From the human T2T-CHM13v2.0 reference genome, Homo sapiens, in NCBI RefSeq assembly GCF_009914755.1, contig NC_060946.1: a DNA stretch of 64,000 nucleotides; one strand, given 5' to 3'. Made by a program: the position numbers and the translations under genes. Positions 1 through 15,419 of this stretch are shown in pieces (position 1 is the first letter of the stretch; every line of letters starts with the position of its first letter). The notes beneath the pieces are model-generated. The model had not been told where the DNA came from, searched no databases, and saw nothing but the letters and a program-made list of their open reading frames with translations.

Positions 1-180
1 GGGTATTTATACTCCAGCTCCCATCTGTCATTGGTGGAGGGCTGCTTCCCCCAGGAAGGGGCATTTATTCCCTACACTCCTCTTCCTTCTACACTGGGGC
101 CAAGCAGGCGCCTGCAGACATCTCCCCACCTTGCAGGCGAGTGGTGAGTGACAGGAGGATATGGGCAGAGCACCAACCAC
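1..180 (-). mobile_element. ERVL LTR33/LTR16-family solo LTR, 5' part (cut by window edge)
   Basis: Reverse complement resembles the LTR33 start (gttggtgctctgcccatatcctcct) and its TATA region (gggtatttatactccagctcccatctgtcattgg). Confidence 0.65.
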
Positions 181-239
181 TTGAAGCTATTTATCCTCCT
201 TGTCACCTGTCAACTCTTTCTCTTTCTTTAGCCTCTGCC

Positions 240-495
240 CAAAAGACACCTCCTCCAGGAAGCCCTCCTTGACCACCCCAGGAAAAATCTTATCCATTAC
301 CATCTTGTCATTCAGATATTTCCTTCCGAACATATAGCATGTGCCAGGATTATCCATTTACTTACTTGTTTGTGGGTTTACTGCCTATCACTCCCACTAG
401 ACTGGAAGCCTCCTGAAGCAGGGGGTCATGTGTATCTTAATCTGCATTGCAGCCCTTGCACACAGTAGGCACTCAACAACTATTTTTGGAATGGG
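240..495 (+). mobile_element. L2 3' end fragment
   Basis: cacctcctccaggaagccctccttgac ... actagactggaagcctcctg ... cacagtaggcactcaacaactatttttggaatg are typical L2 3' motifs. Confidence 0.7.
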
Positions 496-1654
496 GGTGG
501 GGACTCCTGATTTATGTAATTCAGGCCCTGCGTCGCTTACCACAGTGCTTGGCAGTAGGCTAGGCTCCTTACATGTGATGATGGTTCCTTTAACACTCAG
601 CCAAGCTTTCAAGGATGGGATCAGCACACCCATTTGACAGATTGGAAAGGTGAATGTACCGAGAAGATGCTGCATCAAACTCAGCTGTGGGTTTGCATAG
701 CACCAAATCTTACTCCGCTCTCCCTGCAGCCCCAGAGAGTGGATGGAAAGGTTTTCTGGGTTTCATTTCACAGCTGTGAGAATTGGGGCCCTCTGGGATA
801 CGCCCCCATCAGGCGGGGAGACAACGGGGATCCAGGCCGCATAGAGTCTATGATGTCTTAAGCACTGGAGGGTATCAGTAGAGAGAAGTATGAGAAGTAT
901 GAGAAAGTGCTGAAGAAATCACGGGATGCTTCCTGGAGAAGGTGACTCTTCTTTTCCTATTATAAATATTAAAATGAGAAAGAAAATCAGTCTCTTTGGG
1001 AAAGCAGGAAATTCAAAATATTTGATGACCCAGAAGCCCTGGCAGCACAGAGCCTAGAGACTTGTTTGCACAAAACACTCCCAAAGCAGAAATGTTTTAT
1101 ATGTAATATAATGTATAATACGAGGTTTTATATGTCATCATTTTAATACGTCATGATGCCAAATTGTCCAAGCTAAAAGGCTAAATACAGAAAAGTTAAA
1201 GATGAAAGGGGAAGAGGAAGACACTGAGGTCAAGGTGGCAAAAGTAGACAAAGTGCAGGAGGGAGGAGGCATTTTCCCTGGGCAATTGATTCAGCACCGA
1301 GGCGCTTCTGGAGCCTTTGTCTATGTGACGTGGTTGTGGCAGCAGCCCGTTGAGTGTTAATTGTCCATGAGTTCTAATAGGTGTAATATTCTCGAGTGTT
1401 ACATGTGCATTAATTAAGTAACACTGCATTTAGCCCCAAATCATGCAAAAGGCTTGTGTGGTGTTTGCAGAGGCATAAATATCCTCACAGTTAGTGAGTT
1501 GCTGGCACTGTTTTCTCTCTGCCCACAGCAGTCCAAAAACATAGATTGAGAGAAATGGGAAGTGGTGGAAACAGGAAGGAGTGCGAAGGGTGAGGAAAGC
1601 CTCTGCCACCCTCCAGACCAGGAGGAAAGAAGAATTAAAGATGAGATACATACA

Positions 1655-1860
1655 TAGTATAGCCAGTGGGCTTTGAAGTCAGACAGATGCAAGTTTGAAT
1701 CCCAGCACAGTCACTGACTTACTGTGTGATCTTGGACAAGTGGCTTGGCTTCTCTGAGCCTCAGAAAGCAAGAATCATAATAGGACCCTCCCCTTAAAAA
1801 GTGGTTGTGAGCAGTCAGTGGGATGAGGCATGGAAGGAGCTTAGTGCAAAGTGCTTTATA
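1655..1860 (+). mobile_element. MIR SINE
   Basis: tttgaatcccagc...cttactgtgtgatcttggacaagtggcttggcttctctgagcctcag matches the MIR core. Confidence 0.8.
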
Positions 1861-2444
1861 ATGTATGGGATGATGGGGGTCGCGGTGGGAGTGGTAATTT
1901 AGGGGTCCTGTGACAGACCTGGATTTCGCTAAATTGGGATGAGAGCCCAGGTGAGGGCTGGTGTAGGGGATACTTTGGGATTATGGGAAGCAAGAACCGC
2001 ATTCTTTTCTGGGCAGTACTGAGCTCCCCATATGGGAAGGAAGCACCTAACCAGGAGAGGTAGCTTGGGGTGCGAAGAGGATAGAATTGTCCCAGGATGA
2101 CAGTACAGATAGGCAGTCTAATCCTTGTTCTGCCTCCTACAGGACATAGCTTTGGCTTGACCCTCTGCTGCTGTGAGCTGCACTCTGTGAAATGGGATCA
2201 TGTTCTCAACCAGCCTCCCTGACATGAGTTGATTGCACCAAAACCCTATGGATAAAAGAGTTGTTGCCATAGAAAAAGAGACAAGCGCGATTTGCAGAGC
2301 AAGCTGAAGCCCCAGAGATCTTCCCTGTCCCCACAGACCCCTGCTGTGCCCATTTGGTCAGCCCTGCCTCGAGCCCAGTGGGATCCCCCCGCTACGCCCC
2401 ATTCACATTTCAAATGACAGCATTGTCAGGCTTTGGCTATCTTC

Positions 2445-2545
2445 CCCTTCTGCAAATGGGAAACTGAGGCTGCAAGAAGGGAAGTGACTTGCTCAAAGAC
2501 ACCTTGCAATTTGGTGGCAGCCTGGAGCTCAGACCCCCTGACTCC
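2445..2545 (-). mobile_element. MIR fragment
   Basis: gcaaatgggaaactgaggc...gaagtgacttgctcaaagacac. Confidence 0.7.
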
Positions 2546-3987
2546 CATGCAGGGCCTACCACTCCATCCCCCTCAAAACCCACAAAGATTCCGTTCTGTT
2601 CTGTCCTCAGCCAACGCGGTGGCCCACCCACCTTGGGCGACCAGAGCCAAGAGGTTGTTTGTCTGTTTTAGACACTCTCGTCGCTGTGTTTCTTCTTTAT
2701 CTTTTAAGGGCTCGAGACTCAGGAAAACCAACTCAACGTGCATAATTTGGCAATTATTTCTTGTGTTCATCCTCACGGCCGTGGCTGCATACAGATATTG
2801 GAATTTGCATAAAACAATCTTGCTACCAGTCCCACGGCTTCCTGGGAAGAAGACGCCCAGGTGGGGGTGGGGAAGGTTTCAGGTCGCGTCCACCTGTTCC
2901 CCCTCTGTTCCCGGCCACAAAGGGAAATAAAGGTAACACATGGTGTGGAGAAGGGTGCTCAGCCCTCGGCACCCCTGCCCAAGGGAGAGAGAAGGGGTGG
3001 GACCCACTGGGGCCTCTGTGGCAGGATAAATGCCCCCTGGCAGCCTGGAACCCTTCCGATTAGTATTCAGCAAGCATCTCGCTCAGAAAGGATTAATGGA
3101 GTCTGATGTTTAATATCCTGGAGAACAATTAATTTGCCCACAGTTTTGTCATGGTTGAAAGTCAAATGCTGGAACAGATCGATGCTCGCATGGCGAGCTG
3201 GAGCCCAGAAACCCTGGGCAGGAGCAGAATTTTAATGTTCCCATCCTGGCCCCCCTTTCCCCCCCATTCCCAGCACACCCACTTTCTAATAGTTCTAAAA
3301 GCCACTTTATCCCTGCACAGTGCTTGCTGTCTTCACAAGAGTCCACTGGGAGCCTTCGAAGGCAAAATCCGGCCCCCACAAGACTTCCATTATGGGATTG
3401 AAGTTGGCCGGTCCTTCTTGGGGGTCTGACCTCCGTTTTATTCCAATTGTCCTCGCCAGCGCCCCAGCCCTACCCTCTTCCCCGGCAGGGCCGCTGATGT
3501 CTGGACATTGTCACCAAGACACTTGTTCTTGAAAAGACACCGGGGCGAAGAGGAACGTGGTGGGGTTGCAGTGGTGATTTGTTTATTTATTCGCTTGCCG
3601 GAGTTTTGCTGTCTGTTTACGCCTCACTGTTGGCTTGGCAAGGACACTGCAGTGTGGTGGTGGGCTTGGGAACCCAGAAATCAATAGGCTCACCAGGAAC
3701 GTGGGCTTTGTTTAAAAATCATTCCCAGCTGGGCAGGATGGCGGAGGCGACTTTGGCAATTTGATCCTGGCTGGTGGTTTAAAAGCCACGGGTTGGAGAT
3801 GACATGGGAAGACAGGGTGCCAGAGGGGAGGTGGCTTAGAGGCCATCACGGCTGACCCTCTCCCCTTCCATTTGGGGAGACCGAGTCCCAGAGAGGCCAA
3901 GGTCGTGGTCCAAGTTCACAAGGCTAGAACCCGAGTCTCCTGACACCGGCTGAGCATTTAATGCTTCCCTGGCTACCATTTAAACTC

Positions 3988-4311
3988 CAGCTCCTCAAAG
4001 CGTGGCCGGGACCAGCAGCATCAGTTTCACCTGGAGCTAATTAAAATGCAGAGTCTTAGGCCAGCTTCACAGGCACTCGACCTGCAAAGACACACACAAG
4101 CAGCCCCGAGTGGGAAGGGCCCCACCCTTGGCTTCATGCTCCGCTGTTGCCATCTTGAAATTCCTTCAAACAATTTTTTAACAAGGGGCCCGCATTGTCA
4201 TTTTGCACTGGGCCCTGCAAATTGAGTGCCCAGATCTGTTGAATCCAAATCTGTATTTTGACAGGAGCTCCAAGTGATTCCCAGGGCCCATTGAAGTTTG
4301 GGAAGCGACTG
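3988..4311 (+). mobile_element. MER5A (hAT-Charlie), split by nested MER91A
   Basis: ctcaaagcgtggccgggaccagcagcatcag...aaatgcagagtctt, resuming with gaatccaaatctgtattttgacagg...gtttgggaagcgactg. Confidence 0.7.
4057..4230 (+). mobile_element. MER91A (hAT-Tip100)
   Basis: gccatcttgaaattcc...acaaggggcccgcattgtcattttgcactgggccctgcaaatt matches the MER91A consensus. Confidence 0.75.
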
Positions 4312-5213
4312 ATTTAAAATCCCACATACCATCCCCCAACGAGGAGGGCCAGCCAGGGTTGTCATCATCCAGAAATCACAATGGAACCAACAGAGGCCTC
4401 CCACCCTCCCTCCTCAAGGAGAGAGCCAGCTGGCTCTGAGACCCACCCCAGGGGGCAGGCGGGGTCATGATTGTCCTTGCCCTCAGTCTTAGGGCAGGCC
4501 AGAGATTCTGCGGCTTTGGGAAATTTCAAGTTTGCCTCCCGATGAGTTTTATTTAGGGGTTTCACGCTGGAGAAGACTTTAGAAGTGAAAAGGCCGTCAC
4601 TCTATGGCACCCTAACCCCCAGAATGTCACTCTCACCCCCAGCATTTTCTAACTTAGCCCTGTCCTCCATCTCTAATGACCACCCCCCCATGCGGAGATA
4701 CCCCTGGGGACCCCACCTTGAGGCCCGGCATCCCCAGGAACCCCCCAAAGCAGACTTTATCTCATTCCCTCATTGTAACAAGGCAAATCCCCAATGCAAA
4801 TTTCACTATCCCCATCTCTCGGGTGAAAAATAGAGGCTCAGAGCAGTAAAGGAACGGACCAAAGATCTGACCCCAGACGTCCTGAGTCTCCACAGTGAAG
4901 CCTGAGGTGACAGGTGCATCACCATCCCAGGGTGAAGGTGACTCTGCCTGTGAAAAGGTGCTTGTAGGCAGCGGGACGTGTCCTGCCCCTCATACTCCTC
5001 TCCTCCAACTCGGGGAGCTTGAGGGGAGGGTATCTTGGGCTCCTTTCCTTAGAAGCCCCCTGCATAGGGCAGACCACCCACAGGAGGAGAAACTGCTGGC
5101 ATCACCCCTCCCTTGTCCCTGTTGGGCGCTACTGTTGGGGAGGGAGGATTGAAAAAGGAGATAGAGGAGGAGGAAGCGGAGTGGGGAGAGGAAGGAGGAA
5201 AGAGGAAGAGGAA

Positions 5214-5510
5214 GCCGGGCGCAGTGGCTCACTCCTGTAATCCCAACACTTTGGGAGGCCAAGGAAGGAAGATCACTTGAGGCCAGGAGTTTGGGACCAG
5301 CCTGGGCAACATAGTGAGACCCCATCTCTACTAAAAATAAAAAAATTAGCCAGATGTGGCAGCACGTGCCTGTGATCACAACTACTTGGAAGGTTGAGGC
5401 CAAAGCATCACTTGAGCCTAGGAATTTGAGGTTATAGCAAGCTATAAACCCACCACTGCACTCCAGCCTGGGCAACAGAGGAGACCCCAGCTTTATTTAA
5501 AAAAAAAAAA
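5214..5510 (+). mobile_element. AluJ, full length
   Basis: Dimeric Alu with J-type gatcacttgaggccaggagttt...gcaacatagtgagacc and an A tail. Confidence 0.92.
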
Positions 5511-5512
5511 GA

Positions 5513-5893
<381 letters not shown>

Positions 5894-6083
5894 TCACAGA
5901 ATCTATGAGTTATTCAAATCCCACTCCACGAAGGAGGAAACTAAGGTTCACCTGGATGGAAATTGGCACAGCAGGGACTTGACCTCACACCTGGCTGTCC
6001 CCACCAGCTAAAATATGGTGTTTAACCCCCTCATTGGAGGGTTTTCTGATTATGCTGCTTTTTCATTTTAATAGTAACATCTC

Positions 6084-6360
6084 GGCCAGGTGAGGTGGTT
6101 CAGGCCTATAATCCCAGCACTTTGGGAGGCCGAGGTGGGTGGATCACAAGGTCAAGAAATCGAGACCATCCTGGCCAACATGGTGAAACCCTGTCTCTAC
6201 TAAGAATAAAAAAAATTGGCTGGGTGTCGCAGCAGGTGCCTGTAGTCTCAGCTACTTCGGAGGCTGAGAATTGCTTAAACCTGGGAGGCGGAGGTTGCAG
6301 TGAGCCGAGATCATGCCACTGTACTCCAGCCTGGTGACAGAGTGAGACTCTGTCTCAAAC

Positions 6361-6396
<36 letters not shown>
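6084..6396 (+). mobile_element. AluSc-like with (TAA)n tail
   Basis: Full dimer; TSD aata(g/a)taacatctc on both sides; (TAA)n at 6361-6396. Confidence 0.92.
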
Positions 6397-6398
<2 letters not shown>

Positions 6399-7623
6399 TC
6401 TCCTACTTCTTCAGTGTGGATCCTGGGTAGAGCCCCGCTAAGATCGTCACATTAACCATGAGGTAGGCATTATAATGAGACCCATTTTACAGATAGGGAC
6501 ACTGTGGAGCCCGGAGGGAAAATCCTTTGTGAAAGCCCTGATGGGAGGCAGTGTTGTCTTTCTGGGCTGCTATCTGGGTTCTTTGAGGGCCAGAGAAACT
6601 ATGGGAGATGATCTAGCCTGTCTGACTCCTTCTTACAGTTGAGGAGAATAAGGCCCAGAGAGGGTGAGTGACCTGCCCAGGTTACACAGCCAGTCATTTG
6701 GAACCTCCTGCTTGGCCTACAGTAGCCAGCCCCAAGGTAACCCTAACATTTGTGGGTGTTGGGGTGGGAGGCACTAAAGGGCAGGGTCAGTGGGACCTCC
6801 TCAGCCCGGGGGATGGATCCAGAAGGTTCCTGCAAGCCCTCATGCCTACACAGGTGCTTCCCCAGCCCACGCCCGACCTTGGGCTGAACCCTGCAGCTGA
6901 GGGTGTCCCTCTCAGCCCCACGGGGTCAGCCAAGGAGGCCCTGGGTGTCCGGGACCACAGCTGGAGCCTGCTCTTCGGACACCAAACATCTGGCTGCTGG
7001 TTTCCGGAGCTACAGACAGGCCATGGGGAGGGAGGCCCCTTGAGAACGCCTCTGTCTCATCTTCCCCAGGAGGCTCCAGGCCAGGATCTGCTTACACAGA
7101 AAGGAAGAAAATGTAAGTGAACACAGGAAAAACCATACATGTGCTTTTCTGGTGGGGTCGACCCTGTCACTAGCGATGTGGCCTCAGTGCGGGGGCGAGG
7201 GGTCACCTCATCTCAGGGAGCCTCGGTTCCTTCTCTTGCAGTTTGGGGACCATAAGACCCTACCCACAGATTCAGAGTATGCTGAGCTGACAGAGATTAA
7301 GTGCTCAGTAAATGGTCATTGCCAATATTACCATTTTTACCTAGAAAGACTCCTTGCATGCACCCTACCACGCATGCTCCAAGCTCCACTTCTAGCACAG
7401 AGAGTCCAAGGTCAAGGGAAAACACTCTACTGGAGATGCAACCATGACAAGAGAGGCAGCATGGTGTGGGAAATGAAAGCACAAGGGCTTGAGCTCTGCT
7501 GATCCTGGGTTCAAATCATGTTTCTATCCGTCAAAATCTTATATCCTCGGGCAAATTCCCTACAGGACTGAGACTCGACTTTCTCATCTGTAAGATGGGG
7601 ATGGTGCCTCCATCATAAGATTA

Positions 7624-8043
<420 letters not shown>

Positions 8044-8745
8044 TTATGTAAGTGCCAGGCTCTGCCCTGGGCTGACTGCTGGGATATAAAGGTGTCTCTG
8101 AGCTAGTCCTTGCCCTCTGATCAGGCTGTTCCAATGTAGTCTGGACTCAGTTTCCTCCACTGTAAAATAGGAAGAATGCTTTGGCCAAGGTCGGCATGCC
8201 TCAGCGCCTCCCTCTATGCCCTCTCCTGATACGGAAGAGGAGCCAAAGGTGGCCTCTTGGCAAAGGCCACATTCCCTGAGGAAGAAGGCAGGAGACAGAG
8301 GTGGGCGTGGTGGGGGAGGTCAGAGACACTATCCATCTTCCAGGCCTGCTCCACGTGCCTGCACGGTTATTAGCACCGTGAAGAGACGATAATGGTACTC
8401 ATCAGTCTGGGAGCCACATCACTTTCCAGCTGTCTCCCCTGTGGCCCACCCAGATACCACGGATGTAAGGGAGGAATTAGGGACAAGGCAGGTGCTGTTC
8501 TTTACTGGCCCTGGGGAGCCTGGGACAGTCCAGGCCAGGACGAGGCATCCTCCACTGAGCCTGTCCGGGAGACACACTACGGCTTAGGAGAGAGTGTTCA
8601 GATCCTGGCTATGCTTCTCCTCTCTGTGTGGCCATTCTTCTCTGAGCCTCAGTCTCCTCATCGGTAAAATGGAGGCCCCAGTAAGGATTGGTGCAATAGC
8701 TCTGGTTGTGCCAGGCCCGTGGTCAGTGCTCAGGAAACAGGAGGT

Positions 8746-9141
8746 GGGTTTGAATTACGTGGATTTTCTTCCACCTCTGCAACCTCTGAGACAGCAAGAC
8801 CAGCCCCTCCTCTTCTCCCCTCAGCCTACTCACCTTGAAGGTGACCAGGTTGATGACCTTTATGATGATCCACTTCATTTAATCAATAGTAAATATATTT
8901 TCTCTTCCTTGTGGTTTTCTTAATAACATTCTCTTTTCCCTAGCTTACTTTATTGTAAGAATGTATATATATAATCCAAAATATGTGTTATCCCACAGTT
9001 TATGCTCTCAGTAAGGGTTCTGGTCAACTTTAGGCTCTTGGTTGTTAAGCTTTCGGGAGTAAAAAGTTATATGCAGATTTGTGTCTGTGCACAGCTGGGG
9101 GCTCAGCACCCTTAACCCCTGCATTGTTTGGGGGTCAATTG
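8746..9141 (+). mobile_element. Tigger2a/MER28 (TcMar-Tigger)
   Basis: ggattttcttccacctctgc...gacctttatgatgatccacttc...tagcttactttattgtaagaat...ggggtcaattg followed by TA. Confidence 0.85.
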
Positions 9142-10446
9142 TACTGATAATGCACCTCATCTGCAGACTGAGCAGGGTTTGAAAGAACACTAAATGTGCC
9201 CCATTAGCATGGAGCAGAAAGGAGCGATGGCGAGAGGGGATCCTCAAATCAGGACAGGTTCAGGCTCAAGTGCCAGCTCCGCCACTCGCCATAATTGTGG
9301 ACTCCATTAACCTCTCTGGGTCTGCTTCCCTGTCTGTGAAATGAAAAGATCATCCCCGCCTTGTAGAATTTGGGGAACATACAGAAGAACAAGTTAGTAT
9401 TAAATTAACATAAGAATCATCCTGGTATTCAGTAGGAGCTGGATGAATGTTTATTTTCATCCCTTCACGCTAGGGTCTGGCTTTTTATTCATTCTTAAAG
9501 AAACGTATCACCTTCTGTTGGATGGGGACAATGACTTTATTCACAGATAGCCACCTTTGATTGTGCCCATTTCACAGATGTTTCAGATGGTGCCAAAGCA
9601 GGGGAAATAGGTCAGGAGCTCCAGGCTTGGGAATCCCAGCCCTGCCATGAATTCGTTGGGTGACCTTGAGGACCAGAGATCCCCTCTGATCCTCAGTTTC
9701 CACATCTGTGAACTGAAGAGGTGGAGGTTGTCAGCCATGAGCATTTCCACGCAAGAGAAAAATCCTTCGTTCCCCCTTCATTTTACTCTGTGGCCATCCA
9801 CTGAGTACCAGGCCCTGGGCCAGCCACTAGGAATCCTCAGATAAATTAGCCAGCAAGAGATTTGGGGGTGCCATTGGCAGCCCCCTTCTAGCCACTCTAA
9901 ATGTGATGGTGTCAGAAAATGCAGTTGAACCAAGGAAGGCCGTTACCCTGATAGTGGAGCCCCTCTGTAGACTCCACTGCTTCCAGACTCTCAACCCCTA
10001 CATAACAAGGGCCTACCCCATTCAGTTCTTCAAGGAGCCAGCAAGGTCTTCTAAAGCCAATTTTCTGAGTCAGATACTTGCATGCTGTTTCTGAGAACAT
10101 CTTGTGAGATGTGAGGCCTGCAGCCTTCCTTGTGAAGGATGCCATGCAGAGACCTGCTGTCCTGGAGTCTCAGAAATACAGAGGAGTGGGTCGCTCCCTG
10201 AAGATGGTGTGGCTGGCTGCCCAGGCATGGGAGGGGATGAAGAAGACTGAAACTAGCTAGCCCTGGTTTCTGATCCCAGATGTGGCAGAACAGATGGTTT
10301 GGATTGTGTGTCCTTGGAGGGACATACCTTCCTCCGCAGCCACACATGATCACACCTGGAAAGGCAAATAATGTGGATCTCATGCTCCAAGTTTGGTGAT
10401 AGATTGGTAATGGCTACCAGGAACACTAGGTTGGGCGGATTTTAAA

Positions 10447-10587
10447 GTAGGATGTCCAAACACCCTGGTCTTCGGAGGGCCATCCAGTTTATGCCTGTTG
10501 TTCAGACATCATTATGAATCAAAATTATTTCCCCTTTTTAACTTTCAAAAGTGTCCTGGTTTGCATAGTAAATTACATGGTCACCCT
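10447..10587 (-). mobile_element. MER94-like hAT MITE
   Basis: Ends in caaaagtgtcctggtttg...aaattacatggtcaccct, the MER94-type terminus. Confidence 0.65.
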
Positions 10588-11249
10588 ATTTTGAGGCTGT
10601 GTCCAGCTTAGTGGGAATAATTCTGTGATCACTTAGCAATGTCTGCAGAGATCATAGAAAGACGAGTAGGAGGACCAATGTCATGCAGCTGCCTTCCTTA
10701 ATCCCAGAATCAGAGCCCACTCTGGGAAACGTTGACACAGGTATCTATCCTCACAGGTAAATATTCTATCAGTCTGATTTCACTTCCTTAAAAGAGAGCC
10801 GTGGGAATGACACCATGAAAAAGAGAAAGAGAGAGGTGGGAAATAAGGTTTTTTAAAAATAAGACAACCTTAACTTATATTATCCATCTCAGGTTTAGAG
10901 AGGAAAATTCTAATTCAGGTCCCTTTTATAAGACTACCTAAATGAGAGTACCTTACATATCCCTGCAAGTGATCACTAAGTGGCATGGAATTTACAATCT
11001 AATGACGTTTCCTCCAGGTTGAGGATGTGTAGCTTCCCTCAAAAATATCAAAGAACTCCTGAGACCCCACTGGGATTTCCCTAGGTTGGGGGCTACCTGT
11101 CCTCTTCAGAGCCCTTGGAATTTTCCCATCTCCACAACCCAAAGACAGTACTCACACCCTGCACCCTTCCCTTCTCTGACTTCAACCTGATACTAGAGCT
11201 ACTCCCTTTCCTACAGCAATCCTTGGCCTATACCTGTGCTAGAACCGTC

Positions 11250-11628
11250 TCTACCTGCCATGAAAATGCACCACCCAGATCTAATTAACAGCACTGACTC
11301 TTCCACCATGTTTGCACCAAGGCCAGGCTTCCCATGAGCTACTCTCAGACAGAGAATGAGTCTGATGGGTATACTGAGGTAGGCCCAGTTTTGCAAGAGA
11401 CAGACTCCTCTGTTGTGTGACTTTGGCTCAAGGAGTCCCCACTGATCTGGCTGAAACTTTTTCTTAGAACTGTGTGGCCACCTGAGACTCTTCCTTGACT
11501 TCCTCTCCTTCCTTCCCCCTCTCCTGGCACAGGAGTCAGACCAGCATCACTGCCTGGCAGCCATCCCCACTTCCTCCTTCAGCACCCTCCTCTTGCTATT
11601 CCCATCTTACCTTCTGTTTCTGAGAGGA
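11250..11628 (+). mobile_element. LTR16A/B (ERVL) solo LTR
   Basis: gccatgaaaatgcaccacccagatct...tggctgaaactttttcttagaactgtg...ctgagactcttcct. Confidence 0.7.
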
Positions 11629-12113
11629 TGTGATTGACAGAATAGGGGTCCCCCAAAGATATCTACACCCTAATCCCCAGAACCTGTGAATGTATTACCT
11701 TCCATGGCAGAAGGGACTTTGCAAATATGGAGTTAAGGATTTCAATACGGGGAGATTACCCTGGATGATGAAGGCAGCCCCCATCTCAACATGAGAGTCC
11801 TTATAAGGGGGAGACAAGAGGATCAGGACAAGAGAAAGGAGTTGTGATAACAGAAGCAGAAGTTGATGCCCTTTAAAGGGGGTGGAAGGGACCATGAACC
11901 AAAGAATGAAAGTGGTTTCAAGGTACAAGAAAAGACCAGGAGCAGATTCTCTCTTAGGGAAGAAACAGAGGAATGCAGCTCTGCTGACACCTCAGTCTTA
12001 GCCTCTAAGATGCATTTGGACTTATGTCCTCCAGAACTAAAAAAAAAAATTGTATGGTTTTAAGTCACTAAGATTGTGGTAATTTGTTAGAGCAGCAATG
12101 GAAAACTCATACA
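11629..12113 (+). mobile_element. MLT1D (MaLR) solo LTR
   Basis: cccccaaagatatctacaccctaatccccagaacctgtgaatg...gtggtaatttgttagagcagcaatggaaaactcataca. Confidence 0.85.
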
Positions 12114-12874
12114 GAGGACATGAATTAATGCACCTTTTAATGCTGTACAAAACCTCAGAGGGCAGTGACAATTCATATTTTATAGATGAGGATACTGAAC
12201 TTCAGGGGAAGAGGGCTTCATGAGTTATCTTCACGTGTTGGGCCTGGGATTTGGGCCCACCTGGTTTCAGAGTATCATGTCCATCACTGTCTAGCTGCAT
12301 AGGCCCTTAATCTTGACTGAAGGTCTGGCCTGGACATCGCTGCCATTCTCATATACTCTGTCATTTTCTCCCTCTTCTTGGTCTAGCCATCTGCATTCAT
12401 CTGTTCCTCAAACATTTGTAGCACACCTACTATGGGCCAGGCGAGGAAGGAATAAGACATAGACCCAACTCCAAAAGTTGGTGGAAAATTGCAATCCAGA
12501 GAAAAGAGTAAGGACGATTGGAGACAGCTCTCTCATGAGGTGCACCAGGCTTCAACTTAAGTGATAAGTGGGAGTGATCCAGATGACAAGGGGAGGGAAG
12601 AGTGTTCCAGCCAGAGGAACAGCATCTGTGAAGGCTCCAAGGAAACTGAGGCAGCATGGTCCTCCTCTGGGCACCCAGAGTTCTCTGTGCTGCTCTGATC
12701 ACAGTGCTGATCTGTCTAGGCTATAATTGTCTGTATTGTGAACATCTCCATTACTGGAGACTCTGTTAATGCATTGGCCCTATCACAGCCTCACTGTTGT
12801 GCCCAATATATGGAACAAATCCTGGCACAGACTAGATGGTAGACTGATTAGGTTAATGGGGGTATGAGGGTTTG

Positions 12875-14050
<1,176 letters not shown>

Positions 14051-15419
14051 TAAGCCTAGTTTCTTGCTTGTTTTTCACATCATACCCGCTACCTCACAGG
14101 ACAGGATGTTCCTGTGATATCCCCTGTGCCTGAGGACACAGGTCCTGAACGTAGATGTCACCGCCACTTAAAACCCAGTAGCCTGGAGTAGAGGACCATC
14201 TGACTGGGATTCTCCCAGCCACTTCAGAGGCAAAATGAGGTGTTCTACAGAATCTGGGGTTGGGGAGCCCTCTTTGGAAACAGTCTTCAAACACAAACAG
14301 CCAGCCCTGAGTTCCAGGATGCAAACCACCAGCCCAAATAGGCTTCACCAGAGCCTGCTCAGTGATGCTCAGGTGCAGCTGCTTATCCAAACACTGGCTC
14401 CTTCACTTAATCAATACCCATTCGTTCATCTGTACATTCATCTGTTCATCCACCCAGCCAGCCATTATTTTTTGGTGTTTATTTGGTGCCTGCTATGTTC
14501 TGGGTATCATAAAAATACCATTTGGCACCCCAAAATGGCAAGGCCTTAGGGACTCATAACTCGTCAATTAGACAAATTGGAACAGAGATTGCCAGAGAGA
14601 AGAAAGGAATGTGATCTCTGGTGCTCCCATCCTCTCTGCCCCCCAGCCTAGCAGGGACTAGCAGGAAGGTGGCCCAGCTCATGAGGCCCATCAGGACTCA
14701 CTAACCTGGCCACTTGCCCTTAGCATTTAGCACATGCCCAGTCTTTCAACCCAATTCACACCAAAGTGTGAACGACTATGTACTTCTAACCCCTGGGGTG
14801 TTTTCCGTTGCAAGTAAAAGCTGCTTAACCCCAGGGCTTCTCTGGCAAAGCCTGCCTTCAGTTTCCGACTCAAAAGCCTAATTAAGAAAAAACTTGAGAC
14901 AAGATCTCAGTGGGGGTGTCATGATGAGGGAGAGAGCCTGAAAAGTCCACTTTGCATAACAGCCTGACATAGGAGAGTCTGGAGTATACCATGTCCGGCA
15001 CAGATGTCTTCAGCTCTTTCTTCTATGCAGAGGACTCAACAGTTTGCACAGTGTCACTGGGCAGACAACTACATCTCATCCTGCAGAGAGGGAACTGTCC
15101 TGAGGCCAAGGCCAGGTAACATTCCTCTTTCTATTGCCCCCAATAAATAAATCAATAATACATGCATGAGGCCCATTTCCTCACTTGGCCTCAGCAGGGC
15201 AGACCTCTGAAGTCAGAAGGCAGAAACAGAGGAGAAGGAAGGAAGAAATAAAGGGTTTCCAAGTGCCCGCCATACATAAGTCTCTGTGTTAGCCACCACT
15301 GCAGATGCAACCATCTTTCTTCTCGTAACAGCTCTGGGGAACGCGGAGGGCAGGGTTGACCATGAACTCAATTGGGCAGTGAGGAAACCAAGATCTGGCG
15401 AGGGATGTCACTTGATCCA

